Assembly (NCBI GenBank): GCA_965215375.1
Contig: CBDCDO010000001.1
Coordinates: forward strand, 146,736-210,735
Direction: 5' to 3'
DNA: 64,000 nucleotides
Origin: Dehalococcoidia bacterium
Lineage (GTDB): Bacteria > Chloroflexota > Dehalococcoidia > Bin125
Part shown: positions 1-9,124 of the stretch, piece after piece
How positions within the stretch are numbered: the first letter of the stretch is position 1
Layout of the letters: each line of letters opens with the position of its first letter
Position numbers and translations under genes: made by a program
The notes under the pieces: generated by a model
The model's database searches: none
Seen by the model: only the letters and a program-made list of their open reading frames with translations
Told to the model about the DNA's origin: nothing

Positions 1-1302
1 ACGGGCAGTCCACTGGATAGCGCCGCCGCGCTCGAACACGAGTGGGCGACGAATCCGCGTTGGGCAGGAGTCCAGCGGAACTATACGGCCGCTGACGTGC
101 TCAAGCTGCGCCCCTCGCTGCTGCCCGAGTCGGCACTGGCGCGCAACGGCGCCGAGCGACTCTGGAACGCGATGCAGGACACCGATTTCGTGCGCACCTT
201 CGGCGCCGTAACCGGAGCCCAGGCAGTGCAGATGGCGAAGGCTGGCTTGCAGTCAATCTACGTCTCTGGCTGGCAGGTCGCTGCCGACGCCAACACGTCC
301 GGCCACACCTACCCTGACCAGTCGCTCTACCCGGTGAACAGCGTTCCCTCGTTGGTCAAGCGACTGAACAACGCGCTCATGCGCGCCGACCAGGTCGACC
401 GACTTGAGGGTCGCGCCAGCGTCGACTACTACCTTCCGATCGTCGCCGACGCCGAAGCCGGCTTCGGCGGTCCGATCCACGCCTTCGAGTTGATGCGCAA
501 CATGATCGAAGCTGGTGCCGGCGGCGTCCACTACGAGGACCAGCTCGCGGCCGAGAAGAAGTGCGGCCACATGGGCGGCAAGGTACTCGTCCCGACCGCA
601 CAGCACGTGCGCACGCTCCAGGCGGCACGACTCGCCGCTGACGTGATGGGCGTGCCAACGATTCTCATGGCACGGACCGATGCACTCTCGGCAACCCTGT
701 TGACGACCGACATCGACGAGCGAGATCGCGAGTTCACCACTGGTGAGCGCACCGCCGAAGGCTACTTCTCGGTCACCGGTGGGATCGATTCCGCGATCGC
801 CCGAGGTCTGGCGTTCGCGCCACACGCCGATCTGATCTGGTGTGAGACCTCGGTGCCGGACATCGGTGAGGCGCGTGACTTCGCTCAGGCGGTGCACGCT
901 GAGTACCCAGATAAGATGCTCGCCTACAACTGCTCGCCGTCGTTCAACTGGAAGCGACACCTGGACGACGCGACGATCGCGAACTTCCAGGAGCAGCTCG
1001 CGGACATGGGTTACCGCTTCCAGTTCATCACGCTGGCCGGCTGGCACGGGATCAACTACCACACCTTCAACCTCGCCAGCGGCTACCGCGACCGCGGCAT
1101 GGCCGCCTACGTCGAGCTGCAGGAAGGTGAGTTCGAGGCCGAGGCCTATGGCTACACCGCAACCAAGCACCAGCGAGAAGCGGGCACATCCTACTTCGAC
1201 GAGGTGCTGCTCACGGTCACCGGTGGAGACGCCGCAACAACGGCATTGAGCGGCTCGACCGAGGCCGCCCAGTTCACCGAGGAAGCCGTCGCTGCGCACT
1301 AG
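1..1302 (+). CDS. aceA: isocitrate lyase, 5' end outside the window
   Basis: ORF 97..1302 carries the isocitrate lyase signature KKCGHMGGK. The same frame is open back to nt 1 and reads [20 protein letters not shown], typical of the ICL N-terminal region. Confidence 0.9.
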   Translation, partial: TGSPLDSAAALEHEWATNPRWAGVQRNYTAADVLKLRPSLLPESALARNGAERLWNAMQDTDFVRTFGAVTGAQAVQMAKAGLQSIYVSGWQVAADANTSGHTYPDQSLYPVNSVPSLVKRLNNALMRADQVDRLEGRASVDYYLPIVADAEAGFGGPIHAFELMRNMIEAGAGGVHYEDQLAAEKKCGHMGGKVLVPTAQHVRTLQAARLAADVMGVPTILMARTDALSATLLTTDIDERDREFTTGERTAEGYFSVTGGIDSAIARGLAFAPHADLIWCETSVPDIGEARDFAQAVHAEYPDKMLAYNCSPSFNWKRHLDDATIANFQEQLADMGYRFQFITLAGWHGINYHTFNLASGYRDRGMAAYVELQEGEFEAEAYGYTATKHQREAGTSYFDEVLLTVTGGDAATTALSGSTEAAQFTEEAVAAH

Positions 1303-1324
1303 TCCTGACGACCGGTCAAGCAAC

Positions 1325-1355
1325 AACGAAGCCCCGCCATCGGCGGGGCTTCGTT
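1325..1355 (+). terminator. stem-loop downstream of aceA, candidate intrinsic terminator
   Basis: Perfect 14-bp stem aacgaagccccgcc / ggcggggcttcgtt with a 3-nt loop, 23 nt after the aceA stop. No clear U-tract follows. Confidence 0.5.
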
Positions 1356-1376
1356 GTCACAGTGGTGTGAATAGAC

Positions 1377-1714
1377 ATGCCTGAAATCCCATATCGCGGC
1401 GTCACTGGCAATGATGTCAGTGATGAGCATTTGCGGTCGCACGGCCTGACGCTTGACGATGCCAATGACGTCTGGACTGGTCCGGCCAAGTACTTTCCTC
1501 AACCTTCCAGACCTCGATTCGACGAGTTGGGAAACGAGGGTGTACAACCTGAACGAGTCAAATGGTTGGCCCGGATCTTCGTGGCCGTCTTCTGACCTTC
1601 ATTCTCGAAGTGCCAAGTCACGACCAACTGTCCTATGTCGTCACCGGGTGGATATCGACTCCCGGCGAGCAAACTCGCTACCATCAGCCAGGAGGAAGGA
1701 TGCGAATTCGATGA
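1377..1714 (+). pseudogene. BrnT-like (DUF497) toxin interrupted by a frameshift
   Basis: Frame 0 (1377..1595) gives the N-terminal half, ...DEHLRSHGLTLDDANDVW...ERVKWL. Frame 2 (from about 1562 to the TGA at 1712..1714) gives the C-terminal half, GPDLRGRLLTFILEVPSHDQLSYVVTGWISTPGEQTRY. Together they resemble a DUF497 protein. The frame-2 stop overlaps the next ATG (ATGA). Confidence 0.5.
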
Positions 1715-1974
1715 CCACACGACGCTCTCCGGTCCACATTGATACGCCAATCGACGATCTGGAAGAGATTCCCTATGACCCAGCCAAGAAGGGTCCTGGG
1801 GTCATGCGTCTTGAGATCGAGTTCGATCGGGACGAAATCAACCGACTCAAAACGAGACATCCTCGCGGACCACTGATTCGCTTCATCAAACAGGCGGCGA
1901 TGGAGAAGGCAGAGGCCCAGGCGAAGCAGCACGCCGATCAACAATCGGGTCAGTCCGTGGAAGCTGCCGACTGA
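1711..1974 (+). CDS. BrnA/ribbon-helix-helix-like antitoxin candidate
   Basis: ATG at 1711 is preceded by aggaggaagga. The C-terminal part reads MRLEIEFDRDEINRLK...IRFIKQAAMEKAEA, an RHH-like layout. It is coupled to the upstream toxin remnant by an ATGA overlap. Confidence 0.5.
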   Translation: MTTRRSPVHIDTPIDDLEEIPYDPAKKGPGVMRLEIEFDRDEINRLKTRHPRGPLIRFIKQAAMEKAEAQAKQHADQQSGQSVEAAD

Positions 1975-1978
1975 GCGC

Positions 1979-2218
1979 ATGCCCGCGCACGTTGATGTCC
2001 CCATTCCGGAAGATGATCCCGGAATCGAAGTGGCTAACCGATTGCCACCAAGTTGGCGCTTCGTTCTCGACTTTGATCCCAATGAGGTTCAACGCCTACG
2101 CGACGGGTTGCCGCTGGACGACAAACGGGCGACCCGCTTCATCAAACAGGCGGCGTTGGAGAAGGCGGATGCTGAGGCGGCGCGTCGGGCCGAGACGAGT
2201 GTTGAGGCCGCTGACTGA
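1979..2218 (+). CDS. second paralogous RHH-like small protein
   Basis: Starts 4 nt after the previous stop. Shares the C-terminal segment RFIKQAALEKADAEA...SVEAAD with the 1711..1974 product. Confidence 0.5.
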   Translation: MPAHVDVPIPEDDPGIEVANRLPPSWRFVLDFDPNEVQRLRDGLPLDDKRATRFIKQAALEKADAEAARRAETSVEAAD

Positions 2219-2289
2219 GGTCGTTCTGTCAAGTGGGCGTGTTCTGTCGGTCTAGCCTGCGCGCGTGCATTGGACCGACAGGATGATTG

Positions 2290-4653
2290 ATGCCCCTTCT
2301 GCCCCACCGACTTCGGCTCGTCAGTAAGTCAAGGCTGCTGATTGGACTGCTGGCCACGGCCGCTGTTCTGCTGGCATTTGGTCTCTTCCCTTCCGACGCT
2401 CGTGCTGCTGACGCACCGACCGAGACCCTGGAATTGCATCCCGGCGACAACTTCGTCGGCTGGGTCGCCGAGCCGATCGCGGTCGCTGACATCTTCGAGC
2501 AGATCTCTGCCGCGACGCTGATCTACACCTGGAATGCGGACTCGCGCACATATCGATACGCCATCCGCGACATCGGAGGCACGCTCGAGCGTCTCGACCC
2601 GGGGATGTCCGCGAGAATTCGCATCGAGGGCCGCAAAACGGTCAAGTGGGAGCGCCCACTGACGCCAGCCAAAGGGATGGTCACGCTCTATTCGGGGGTC
2701 AACTGGGTCGCATGGAATGGTCGCGACGAATGGCCGCTCGACCAGGTAGCACGCGGGATCGGGACGTCATTAGTCAGCATCGAGGTCGAGGAACGCGGAA
2801 TCTTCTATCAGCCCAGCGGCAACATCGCCGAGGCAATCGAGCCGCTAAGCGGGCAGTCCACCCTGCGTCGGGGCGACGCGCTGAGAGTCACGGTCAACCG
2901 AGACCTGCGCTGGCTCCAACCGACGGGGATCATCCCCAACATCGTCTGGATTGGCGACTTCCCGCAAGCTCTACAGGACAAAATCACCACCGATTTCGAG
3001 CGTGTTACTGACTTCTTTGCTGAGGAGTTTGGAGTCGAGACAGACTTCTCGGAGACCAATGTGTTGATTTGGAGTACCGTCGATGCGGCTGTGGAGTACC
3101 AGGCATCTGGTGCTCTACCCCGTTTTCCTGGTACGCCGTCAGGGCTTCGCGTCACATTAGAGAACTACGCGCTTGCTGGAGCAGGGCCAGGGTTGTTTTG
3201 GGTACCGGCGTGTGGATGGATGCCACCATGTCCGTTCGCACATGGTCGTGAGGGTGGAGGGATTCTCACGTCGACTCACGAGTCGTTTCACGCCCTTCAG
3301 GACCAGTTGACCGCGCGATCAGTGCTCGACCTGCCAATATGGTTGATAGAGGGAGCCGCCGTCTGGGCAGAATGGCAGTTGCCCTCGGATTTGCAGATTG
3401 GGTCGGTCCAAAGCGAGCGTGACTGGAGGCTCAGCGCTACGGCGCGAACGACTGTGACGCTACAGAGCGCCGAAGGGCGCAACACGCCATGGGAATACAG
3501 GCTTGGAGTCTTGGCGGCTGAGCGTTTGGTCGAGCTGAGCGGCGTGGATGCGCAGCTTGAGTTTCTACGCCGGCTATATCCACAAATCACAGGCAGTGAG
3601 CGACGCTGGGAGCGATCCGTAGCTTGGGAAGAAGCCTTTCGCGAGGCGTTTGGTTTGACACCTGCTGCCTTCTATGAAGAGTTTGAAGCTTGGCGTGAGA
3701 CACTGCCCACTCCTCGACAGCAGTATGACTACGACCAAGACGATCTAACGCTGTCGGGGACACTTCACTATAGCGACAGTGCCCCTGCTTCGGGGTTCCG
3801 CGTCAGCGCGGCTCCCTATCAAGGCGAAGAAAAGGCCGGACTCGAGCGAGCAACCATCGTCGACGGCGAGGGCAACTTTGCGATCGACCTGGCGCCGGAA
3901 ACTACGCAACGCATATGGTTCACGCAAGGCGGCTGTGCGCTCTGGCTCACCAACGATGGCTTGACAGTGGCGAGGCCTCAGCAAGGTTGGTATCGCGACT
4001 TGGACACGCGTGATTTACCAGTGCTGAACTTAACTCTGCCCGAAGATGCCTGCGAAAACGAGCTTCGCGTCAGGGTTGCTACATTGCGCGGCGATCAGCG
4101 CAGATTGGAGGCGCTGTTGATTGACGAAACTAATATGTGGAGTCGTCTGGATAAGGCTACCGCAGATGAGTATGTCACTTTTGCGCCAGAGCCAGGCAAA
4201 TATGGACTAGGACTAAGACTCGGCAACTGTAGCCTGTGGTACTCCGAAGGCGGATTGGTCGCTTCAAACCAAGATGCCGATGTGCTTGAGTTGTCCGATC
4301 AGCCGCTCTCTATCGAGCTTCGCATTCCTCACGACCTTTGTGTGCATCGGATCAGCGGGACACTGCTCTACGAGGACGGTACTGCCGTTAGCGACGTTTG
4401 GCTACATGTGGGACGTGGCGATGCATCTAGTGCCCTACTGACTTCTGCTGATGGCGAGTTCATCGTCGCGGTTCCTGATTCGGGCGACTACACTCTCAGC
4501 TTCGGGACGGACGTGCCAGGCTGCAGAATCGGCTACAGCGAGTCAGGCGCTACCACCGACTCGCATCGAGAAACCCCAATCACCGTCACCGACTCCGATG
4601 TCACCGGCATTGAGTTCGTCGTCCCTAACGACCCGGCCAGCCTCTGCGAGTGA
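2290..4653 (+). CDS. secreted HExxH (MA-clan-like) metallopeptidase-like protein with C-terminal beta-sandwich repeats
   Basis: Signal-peptide-like N-terminus ending in ARA/AD. HESFH at nt 3277..3291 is followed about 20 aa later by WLIEGAAVWAE. It is a paralog of 5664..8528. C-terminal modules contain ISGTLLYEDG-type carboxypeptidase-regulatory-like motifs. Confidence 0.65.
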   Translation: MPLLPHRLRLVSKSRLLIGLLATAAVLLAFGLFPSDARAADAPTETLELHPGDNFVGWVAEPIAVADIFEQISAATLIYTWNADSRTYRYAIRDIGGTLERLDPGMSARIRIEGRKTVKWERPLTPAKGMVTLYSGVNWVAWNGRDEWPLDQVARGIGTSLVSIEVEERGIFYQPSGNIAEAIEPLSGQSTLRRGDALRVTVNRDLRWLQPTGIIPNIVWIGDFPQALQDKITTDFERVTDFFAEEFGVETDFSETNVLIWSTVDAAVEYQASGALPRFPGTPSGLRVTLENYALAGAGPGLFWVPACGWMPPCPFAHGREGGGILTSTHESFHALQDQLTARSVLDLPIWLIEGAAVWAEWQLPSDLQIGSVQSERDWRLSATARTTVTLQSAEGRNTPWEYRLGVLAAERLVELSGVDAQLEFLRRLYPQITGSERRWERSVAWEEAFREAFGLTPAAFYEEFEAWRETLPTPRQQYDYDQDDLTLSGTLHYSDSAPASGFRVSAAPYQGEEKAGLERATIVDGEGNFAIDLAPETTQRIWFTQGGCALWLTNDGLTVARPQQGWYRDLDTRDLPVLNLTLPEDACENELRVRVATLRGDQRRLEALLIDETNMWSRLDKATADEYVTFAPEPGKYGLGLRLGNCSLWYSEGGLVASNQDADVLELSDQPLSIELRIPHDLCVHRISGTLLYEDGTAVSDVWLHVGRGDASSALLTSADGEFIVAVPDSGDYTLSFGTDVPGCRIGYSESGATTDSHRETPITVTDSDVTGIEFVVPNDPASLCE

Positions 4654-4718
4654 CCCTGCGCTACCCTGCTCTCACTTGTTGCAACATTTGACCGCTCCGG
4701 CGGCGAAAGGACATTCCG

Positions 4719-5660
4719 ATGACCAACAGCCCTCACTTTGGCGTGATGGTTCCGCAGATCAAACGCACTTGGCAAGAGACCCGGCGCGCAGCCTTGGCCT
4801 TTGAGGAGATGGGCTTCGACTCGCTCTGGGTCAATGACCATCTCTACGGTCCGCAGTCGCCTGCGATTCCGATGCTCGAGGCGTGGACCCTGGCAGCCGG
4901 CATCGCCGCGGCGACCGAGAAGCCCGAAATCGGCACGCTGGTCACGCCTGTCGGCATGCGCAACCCGGCCCACACCGGCAAGATGATCGCCACCGTCGAC
5001 AACATCGCCGGCGGGCGCGTGATCCCCGGCTTCGGCTCCGGTTGGATGCCCCGCGAGTTCACCGACTTCGGCATGCCCTTCGTCAGCACCCGCGACCGAC
5101 TGCGCCAGCTCGAAGAGGGCTTGCAAATCTTCAAGGGCATGTTCGACGCCGATCAGGACGAGTTCTCCTTCGAGGGCGAGTTCTTCCACACCGAGAACCT
5201 CGTCACGCAGCCCAAGCCGCCGCGCGACATGCCAATCCTCGTTGGTGGCGGCGGCGAGAAGGTCACGATGCGCATCGCCGCGCAGTACGCCGACATCTGG
5301 AACAACTCGGCCGGCGCCCAGGACGACCTCGAGCACAAAGTCTCGGTCCTGCACGGCCACGCCAAGGCACTGGGTCGCGACCCGTCCGAACTGCGCGTCT
5401 CGCAGCAGTGCCTGGTCACGATCGTCGAGGACGACGCCAAGGTCGGTCCGATGGTCGAACGAGCCCAGAAGATCTTCGGTGGTCACATGGGCAACCCGGC
5501 CGGCGACATGGCGCTCACGGGTACCCCGGCGATGATCAAAGAGAGAATCGAAAAGCACGTCGAGCTCGGCTGCGACATGTTCATGATCGAATTCTTCGGT
5601 CGTGACACCATCGAGCCAGCCCAGATGTTCGCAGAGACGGTCATCCCCGAGTTCCGCTAG
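4719..5660 (+). CDS. LLM-class (luciferase-like) F420-dependent oxidoreductase
   Basis: N-terminus FGVMVPQ...FEEMGFDSLWVNDHLYGP plus the overall luciferase-like monooxygenase pattern. Confidence 0.8.
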   Translation: MTNSPHFGVMVPQIKRTWQETRRAALAFEEMGFDSLWVNDHLYGPQSPAIPMLEAWTLAAGIAAATEKPEIGTLVTPVGMRNPAHTGKMIATVDNIAGGRVIPGFGSGWMPREFTDFGMPFVSTRDRLRQLEEGLQIFKGMFDADQDEFSFEGEFFHTENLVTQPKPPRDMPILVGGGGEKVTMRIAAQYADIWNNSAGAQDDLEHKVSVLHGHAKALGRDPSELRVSQQCLVTIVEDDAKVGPMVERAQKIFGGHMGNPAGDMALTGTPAMIKERIEKHVELGCDMFMIEFFGRDTIEPAQMFAETVIPEFR

Positions 5661-5663
5661 ACG

Positions 5664-8528
5664 ATGCGCCTGCCTCGGCTGCTGCCGATCGGGCTAATCC
5701 TCGGCCTCGTCGCCTGCTTGGCGGCGGGGCTCGGTCCACTGTCGGCGGATGAGTCGACTGAGACGACTGGGCCCGTTGATCCGGCCGTCGTCACTCTGCA
5801 GCCAGGCGAAAACCTCGTCGGTTGGCTCGGCGAGCCGCTGCCGGTTGCGCAGTTGAAGCAGCGAATCTCTGCGATTGAATCGGTTTCGGCATGGGAGCCG
5901 TTAACTGGCCAGTTCTACGAGCCAGCCAGCCTATTGGCGGGTCAGGGATACATCGTCACGCTGGCCGGTACCGAGGCTGTGCAATGGCGCCGTCCAATGA
6001 TGCCGGTCAAGGGCAAAGTCACGCTACATCGAGGTCGCAATCTCGTAACGTGGTTGGGACCTGACGATTGGGCCATTGACCGTGTTGCCCTGGGCATCGG
6101 TCGCGCGTTGGTCAGAGCAGAATGGGAGGGTGGTGAGTACACACCGGCAGAAACCACGACCGCAGAGTCTCTGCCAACTTTGAAGCGAGGCGCCGCAATC
6201 TGGGTTGAAGTCTCACGCACTGTCAACTGGCTCCAGCCCGCCGGGGTGATGCCCCAGATCAAGTTCGCCGGCGCAGTGTCGTCGGAGGTACGTGCAGAGG
6301 TGCGTCGAGACTCGGTCGACGTGATGAACCACTTCGCCAATAGATTCAGTTTGCAGCCAGACGGATCGATCCTGACGGTCTACGTCGCGGCCGACGTGGA
6401 GTCCTTGGTCGAGGTGTTTGAGGCTGATGGTCTCGAGACACGAGGTGTTCATGAAACCTGGTACAAGTCAGGAGGATGGGCGAATTCGGCTGGGTACATC
6501 GTACTCAAGACGGAACAATGGAAGCCCGACTACGGAAGTAGGCGACTTTGCGAACACGGAGAGTGCGCCAAAGGTCGAGCCGTCATGGCACATGAGTATT
6601 TCCATTCCATCCAACAGCAGTTGAGCGATACAGAGGCGCCAACTTGGTTGGTTGAAGGAGGCGCGGACTGGGCCGAGGCAGGTCTGATACTTCAAGATGC
6701 AGACTCGACCTACGACAGTGAACTGGTATCGAACCGAACAACAACATATGGCGGGTATAGCTGGGCAGACGGTCCACCGCTTGACCACACCGAACGAAGG
6801 CATGATAAGCCGTGGGCCTATACTCTCGGCGCAATCGCTTCCCAGCGGTTAGCATTGCGCAGCGGCGAACAGTCGTTGGTCGAATTTTGGCGAGCGCTAC
6901 TGCCGGTGCCGTTGGGGCCGCTCGGACGCTGGAGCTCAGATCCACCCTGGCAAAGCGTCTTCTTCAATGTCTTCGACATCACGGTCGATGACTTCTATGG
7001 TGAGTTTGCTGAATGGCGCGGGGGCCTCGCGGCGAACTCAGTCAAAGGGCGCGTCATCGGACCAGACGGCGAGGGCCTGCCGTACGTTAAAGTCGTCGGT
7101 CGTAGTCAACACTTGCCTGACGAATATCACTATGACTACACCGAGACGCTTACAGACGGACATGGAAACTTTGATTTGGCAGTGAACGAACTCGGCGTGA
7201 TCCAAGTTGGCGTAGACCTCGGCGGCTGCGCGGTCTACTACTCGGACGGTGGGATAGTGAGTCTTTGGTCGGACGCTGACGAAGTGGATGCATCGACCAC
7301 GTCCTCCCAGAATCTGCGGCTGCGGTTATCCGAGCAGCACTGTGTCTGGCAGATCAGCGGACGTGTGGTTGACCGTGGAAACGTGCTGCCAGCCAACCAA
7401 CAGATCAACGTAGATACCGGTTACGCAAATGGCAACGCGCGTATCGGTAGCGACGGAACGTTTTCCATCACTGTGCCAGTATCGGGTGTGTATCTCATGC
7501 GCGTGTACATCGACGAATGCGGCTACTACTACAACGAAGCGGCGACGAGCGGAAGTCGGGACAACGCAACTGACATTGTCGTGGTTGATTCGGACGTTGA
7601 TGGAATCAACTTTGTGATCTCAGAGACGGCTTGCTCGGCGGGCATCTCAGGGAGGCTGTTGGATGCCGACGGACAGCCGATGTCAGACGTCTGGGTAAAC
7701 GTGCGCACCGAATCGAGTTGGGGACCTGGAGACTACACTGATGCTGATGGTACATTCGAGATTTCCATCGCGGATTCAGGACAATATTTTGTCCAGGCCC
7801 ATATCAACGGATGTTCGACTTACTATCGTCGCGGCAGCGCAACGCCAAACCAGAAACAGGCATCCTGGATCTCGGTCGATGATGAAGTTGTTCGGGTTGC
7901 CTACAGGCTGCCACGCGGATTGTGCTCGATCAATATCACCGGAAAAGTATTAGATGCCAACGGAGACCCAATCACGAAAGCTCAGGTGTTCGCGGAAAGC
8001 AACGATAAGCACGCTTGGGGTGATGTCATGCCCAACGGCTCCTTCTCTGTGACTGTTCCAGAGTCCGGTCGGTATCGAGTGACCGCCCGTATTGATGGTT
8101 GCGACGTTCGTTATCGGCGTGGCGGAGTGACAGGAAGGTGGGATCTGGCAACGCAAGTGCGTGTGTCCGATGAGGATGTGACCGGCCTGACGATTCAACT
8201 TGCCGAGGGTATGTGTGAACATCGCATCTCGGGCAGATTGCTGAACGCTGATGGAAGCCCGCACGTTGAACGTTGGACACACGTAAGCGGACCCAGTGGA
8301 GCTGGCGGGGCGGAGTCGAGTGCTGATGGTTCCTTCTCGATAGTTGTGACGACCAATGGAACTTACCGTTTGTCGGTAGGGACCGAGTTCGGTGATTGTC
8401 GTATTCGCTACCGTAAGTCAGGTCCGACGAAGGTTTGGGAGAGTGCGACAGGTATCACGATCTCCAACAAGGACGTGTCGGACATTGAGTTCCGATTGCC
8501 TGCCGACGAAGAGTCGTTCTGTCGGTAA
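5664..8528 (+). CDS. secreted HExxH metallopeptidase-like protein with five Cys-delimited repeat modules
   Basis: Signal peptide. HEYFH at nt 6591..6605 is followed by WLVEGGADWAE. Five ~97-aa modules (aa ~461-953) each start with C-x-x-ISG[RK] and contain an internal GC..YY motif. Starts 3 nt after the LLM stop. Confidence 0.65.
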   Translation: MRLPRLLPIGLILGLVACLAAGLGPLSADESTETTGPVDPAVVTLQPGENLVGWLGEPLPVAQLKQRISAIESVSAWEPLTGQFYEPASLLAGQGYIVTLAGTEAVQWRRPMMPVKGKVTLHRGRNLVTWLGPDDWAIDRVALGIGRALVRAEWEGGEYTPAETTTAESLPTLKRGAAIWVEVSRTVNWLQPAGVMPQIKFAGAVSSEVRAEVRRDSVDVMNHFANRFSLQPDGSILTVYVAADVESLVEVFEADGLETRGVHETWYKSGGWANSAGYIVLKTEQWKPDYGSRRLCEHGECAKGRAVMAHEYFHSIQQQLSDTEAPTWLVEGGADWAEAGLILQDADSTYDSELVSNRTTTYGGYSWADGPPLDHTERRHDKPWAYTLGAIASQRLALRSGEQSLVEFWRALLPVPLGPLGRWSSDPPWQSVFFNVFDITVDDFYGEFAEWRGGLAANSVKGRVIGPDGEGLPYVKVVGRSQHLPDEYHYDYTETLTDGHGNFDLAVNELGVIQVGVDLGGCAVYYSDGGIVSLWSDADEVDASTTSSQNLRLRLSEQHCVWQISGRVVDRGNVLPANQQINVDTGYANGNARIGSDGTFSITVPVSGVYLMRVYIDECGYYYNEAATSGSRDNATDIVVVDSDVDGINFVISETACSAGISGRLLDADGQPMSDVWVNVRTESSWGPGDYTDADGTFEISIADSGQYFVQAHINGCSTYYRRGSATPNQKQASWISVDDEVVRVAYRLPRGLCSINITGKVLDANGDPITKAQVFAESNDKHAWGDVMPNGSFSVTVPESGRYRVTARIDGCDVRYRRGGVTGRWDLATQVRVSDEDVTGLTIQLAEGMCEHRISGRLLNADGSPHVERWTHVSGPSGAGGAESSADGSFSIVVTTNGTYRLSVGTEFGDCRIRYRKSGPTKVWESATGITISNKDVSDIEFRLPADEESFCR

Positions 8529-8654
8529 CGTCTTGCGTGCCAAGTGTGCGATCTATCGTCACTCTGCGAATGATGCGTCGTCGATTGGACAACGCACTTC
8601 AGAGCTCACGCCGCCGAGCTAAGGATTCGCGCCTGCGGCAAGTGGTTGGGAAGT

Positions 8655-8663
8655 TGGTAGAAT
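8655..8663 (+). promoter_or_regulatory. possible extended -10 element (tggtagaat) upstream of hicB
   Basis: TGnTAGAAT lies about 19 nt upstream of the ATG at 8682, with a ggaggg RBS at 8671..8676. No convincing -35 element. Confidence 0.25.
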
Positions 8664-8681
8664 CGGTCCAGGAGGGTCCGG

Positions 8682-8918
8682 ATGACCAAGCAATACCGAC
8701 TGGCCTATACGATGCGGGAACCGTGCGAGGACACCGGGGAGATGTTCCTGGCCGAAGTGCCCAGTCTTCCGGGATGTTGCGCCTGGGCCGAGACGCCGGA
8801 GGAAGCGCACTGGATTTTGGAGGGTGTCGCCGAGGCGTTCATCGCCTCCCACATCAAGCATGGTGAGCCACTGCCTCCTGAAATCGCTCAGGTAGGCGAG
8901 TTGCTGGTGTCGGCTTGA
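8682..8918 (+). CDS. hicB: HicB-family antitoxin
   Basis: FLAEVPSLPGCCAWAETPEEAHWILEGVAEAFIASHIKHGEPLP matches the HicB/UPF0150 N-terminal fold pattern. Confidence 0.8.
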   Translation: MTKQYRLAYTMREPCEDTGEMFLAEVPSLPGCCAWAETPEEAHWILEGVAEAFIASHIKHGEPLPPEIAQVGELLVSA

Positions 8919-9124
8919 ACTACAGGCAAGTGACGAAGAAGCTGCGGGCACTCGGTTGCTATCTTGACGAGCAGGGACGAGGTTCGCACGAGACTTGGCG
9001 AAACCCCGCAACGTAGAAGCGGGCGACGATTCCCAACTGGCGCAGCAAGGATCTCAAGCCGGGCACGTTACGGAAGATCTTACGTGATCAGAAGATCGAT
9101 CGGCGCGACTTCGATCAGGCCTGA
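8915..9124 (+). pseudogene. hicA: HicA-family toxin with an in-frame TAG
   Basis: Frame from TTG 8915 (overlapping the hicB stop) reads LNYRQVTKKLRALGCYLDEQGRGSHETWRNPAT-TAG(9014..9016)-KRATIPNWRSKDLKPGTLRKILRDQKIDRRDFDQA. It has the GSH catalytic motif and the conserved C-terminal half on either side of the stop. Confidence 0.7.

Noticed and set aside
1553-1595. Possible programmed ribosomal frameshift joining the two halves of the BrnT-like gene.
   Set aside because: There is no slippery heptamer or downstream structure at the frame junction (…gtcaaatggttggcccgg…). A simple indel (mutation or sequencing error) is more likely.
9014-9016. The in-frame TAG in hicA as a recoded codon (for example pyrrolysine or suppression).
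   Set aside because: No Pyl machinery or recoding signal is visible here. Other genes in the window use TAG as an ordinary stop. Pseudogenisation is the simpler reading.
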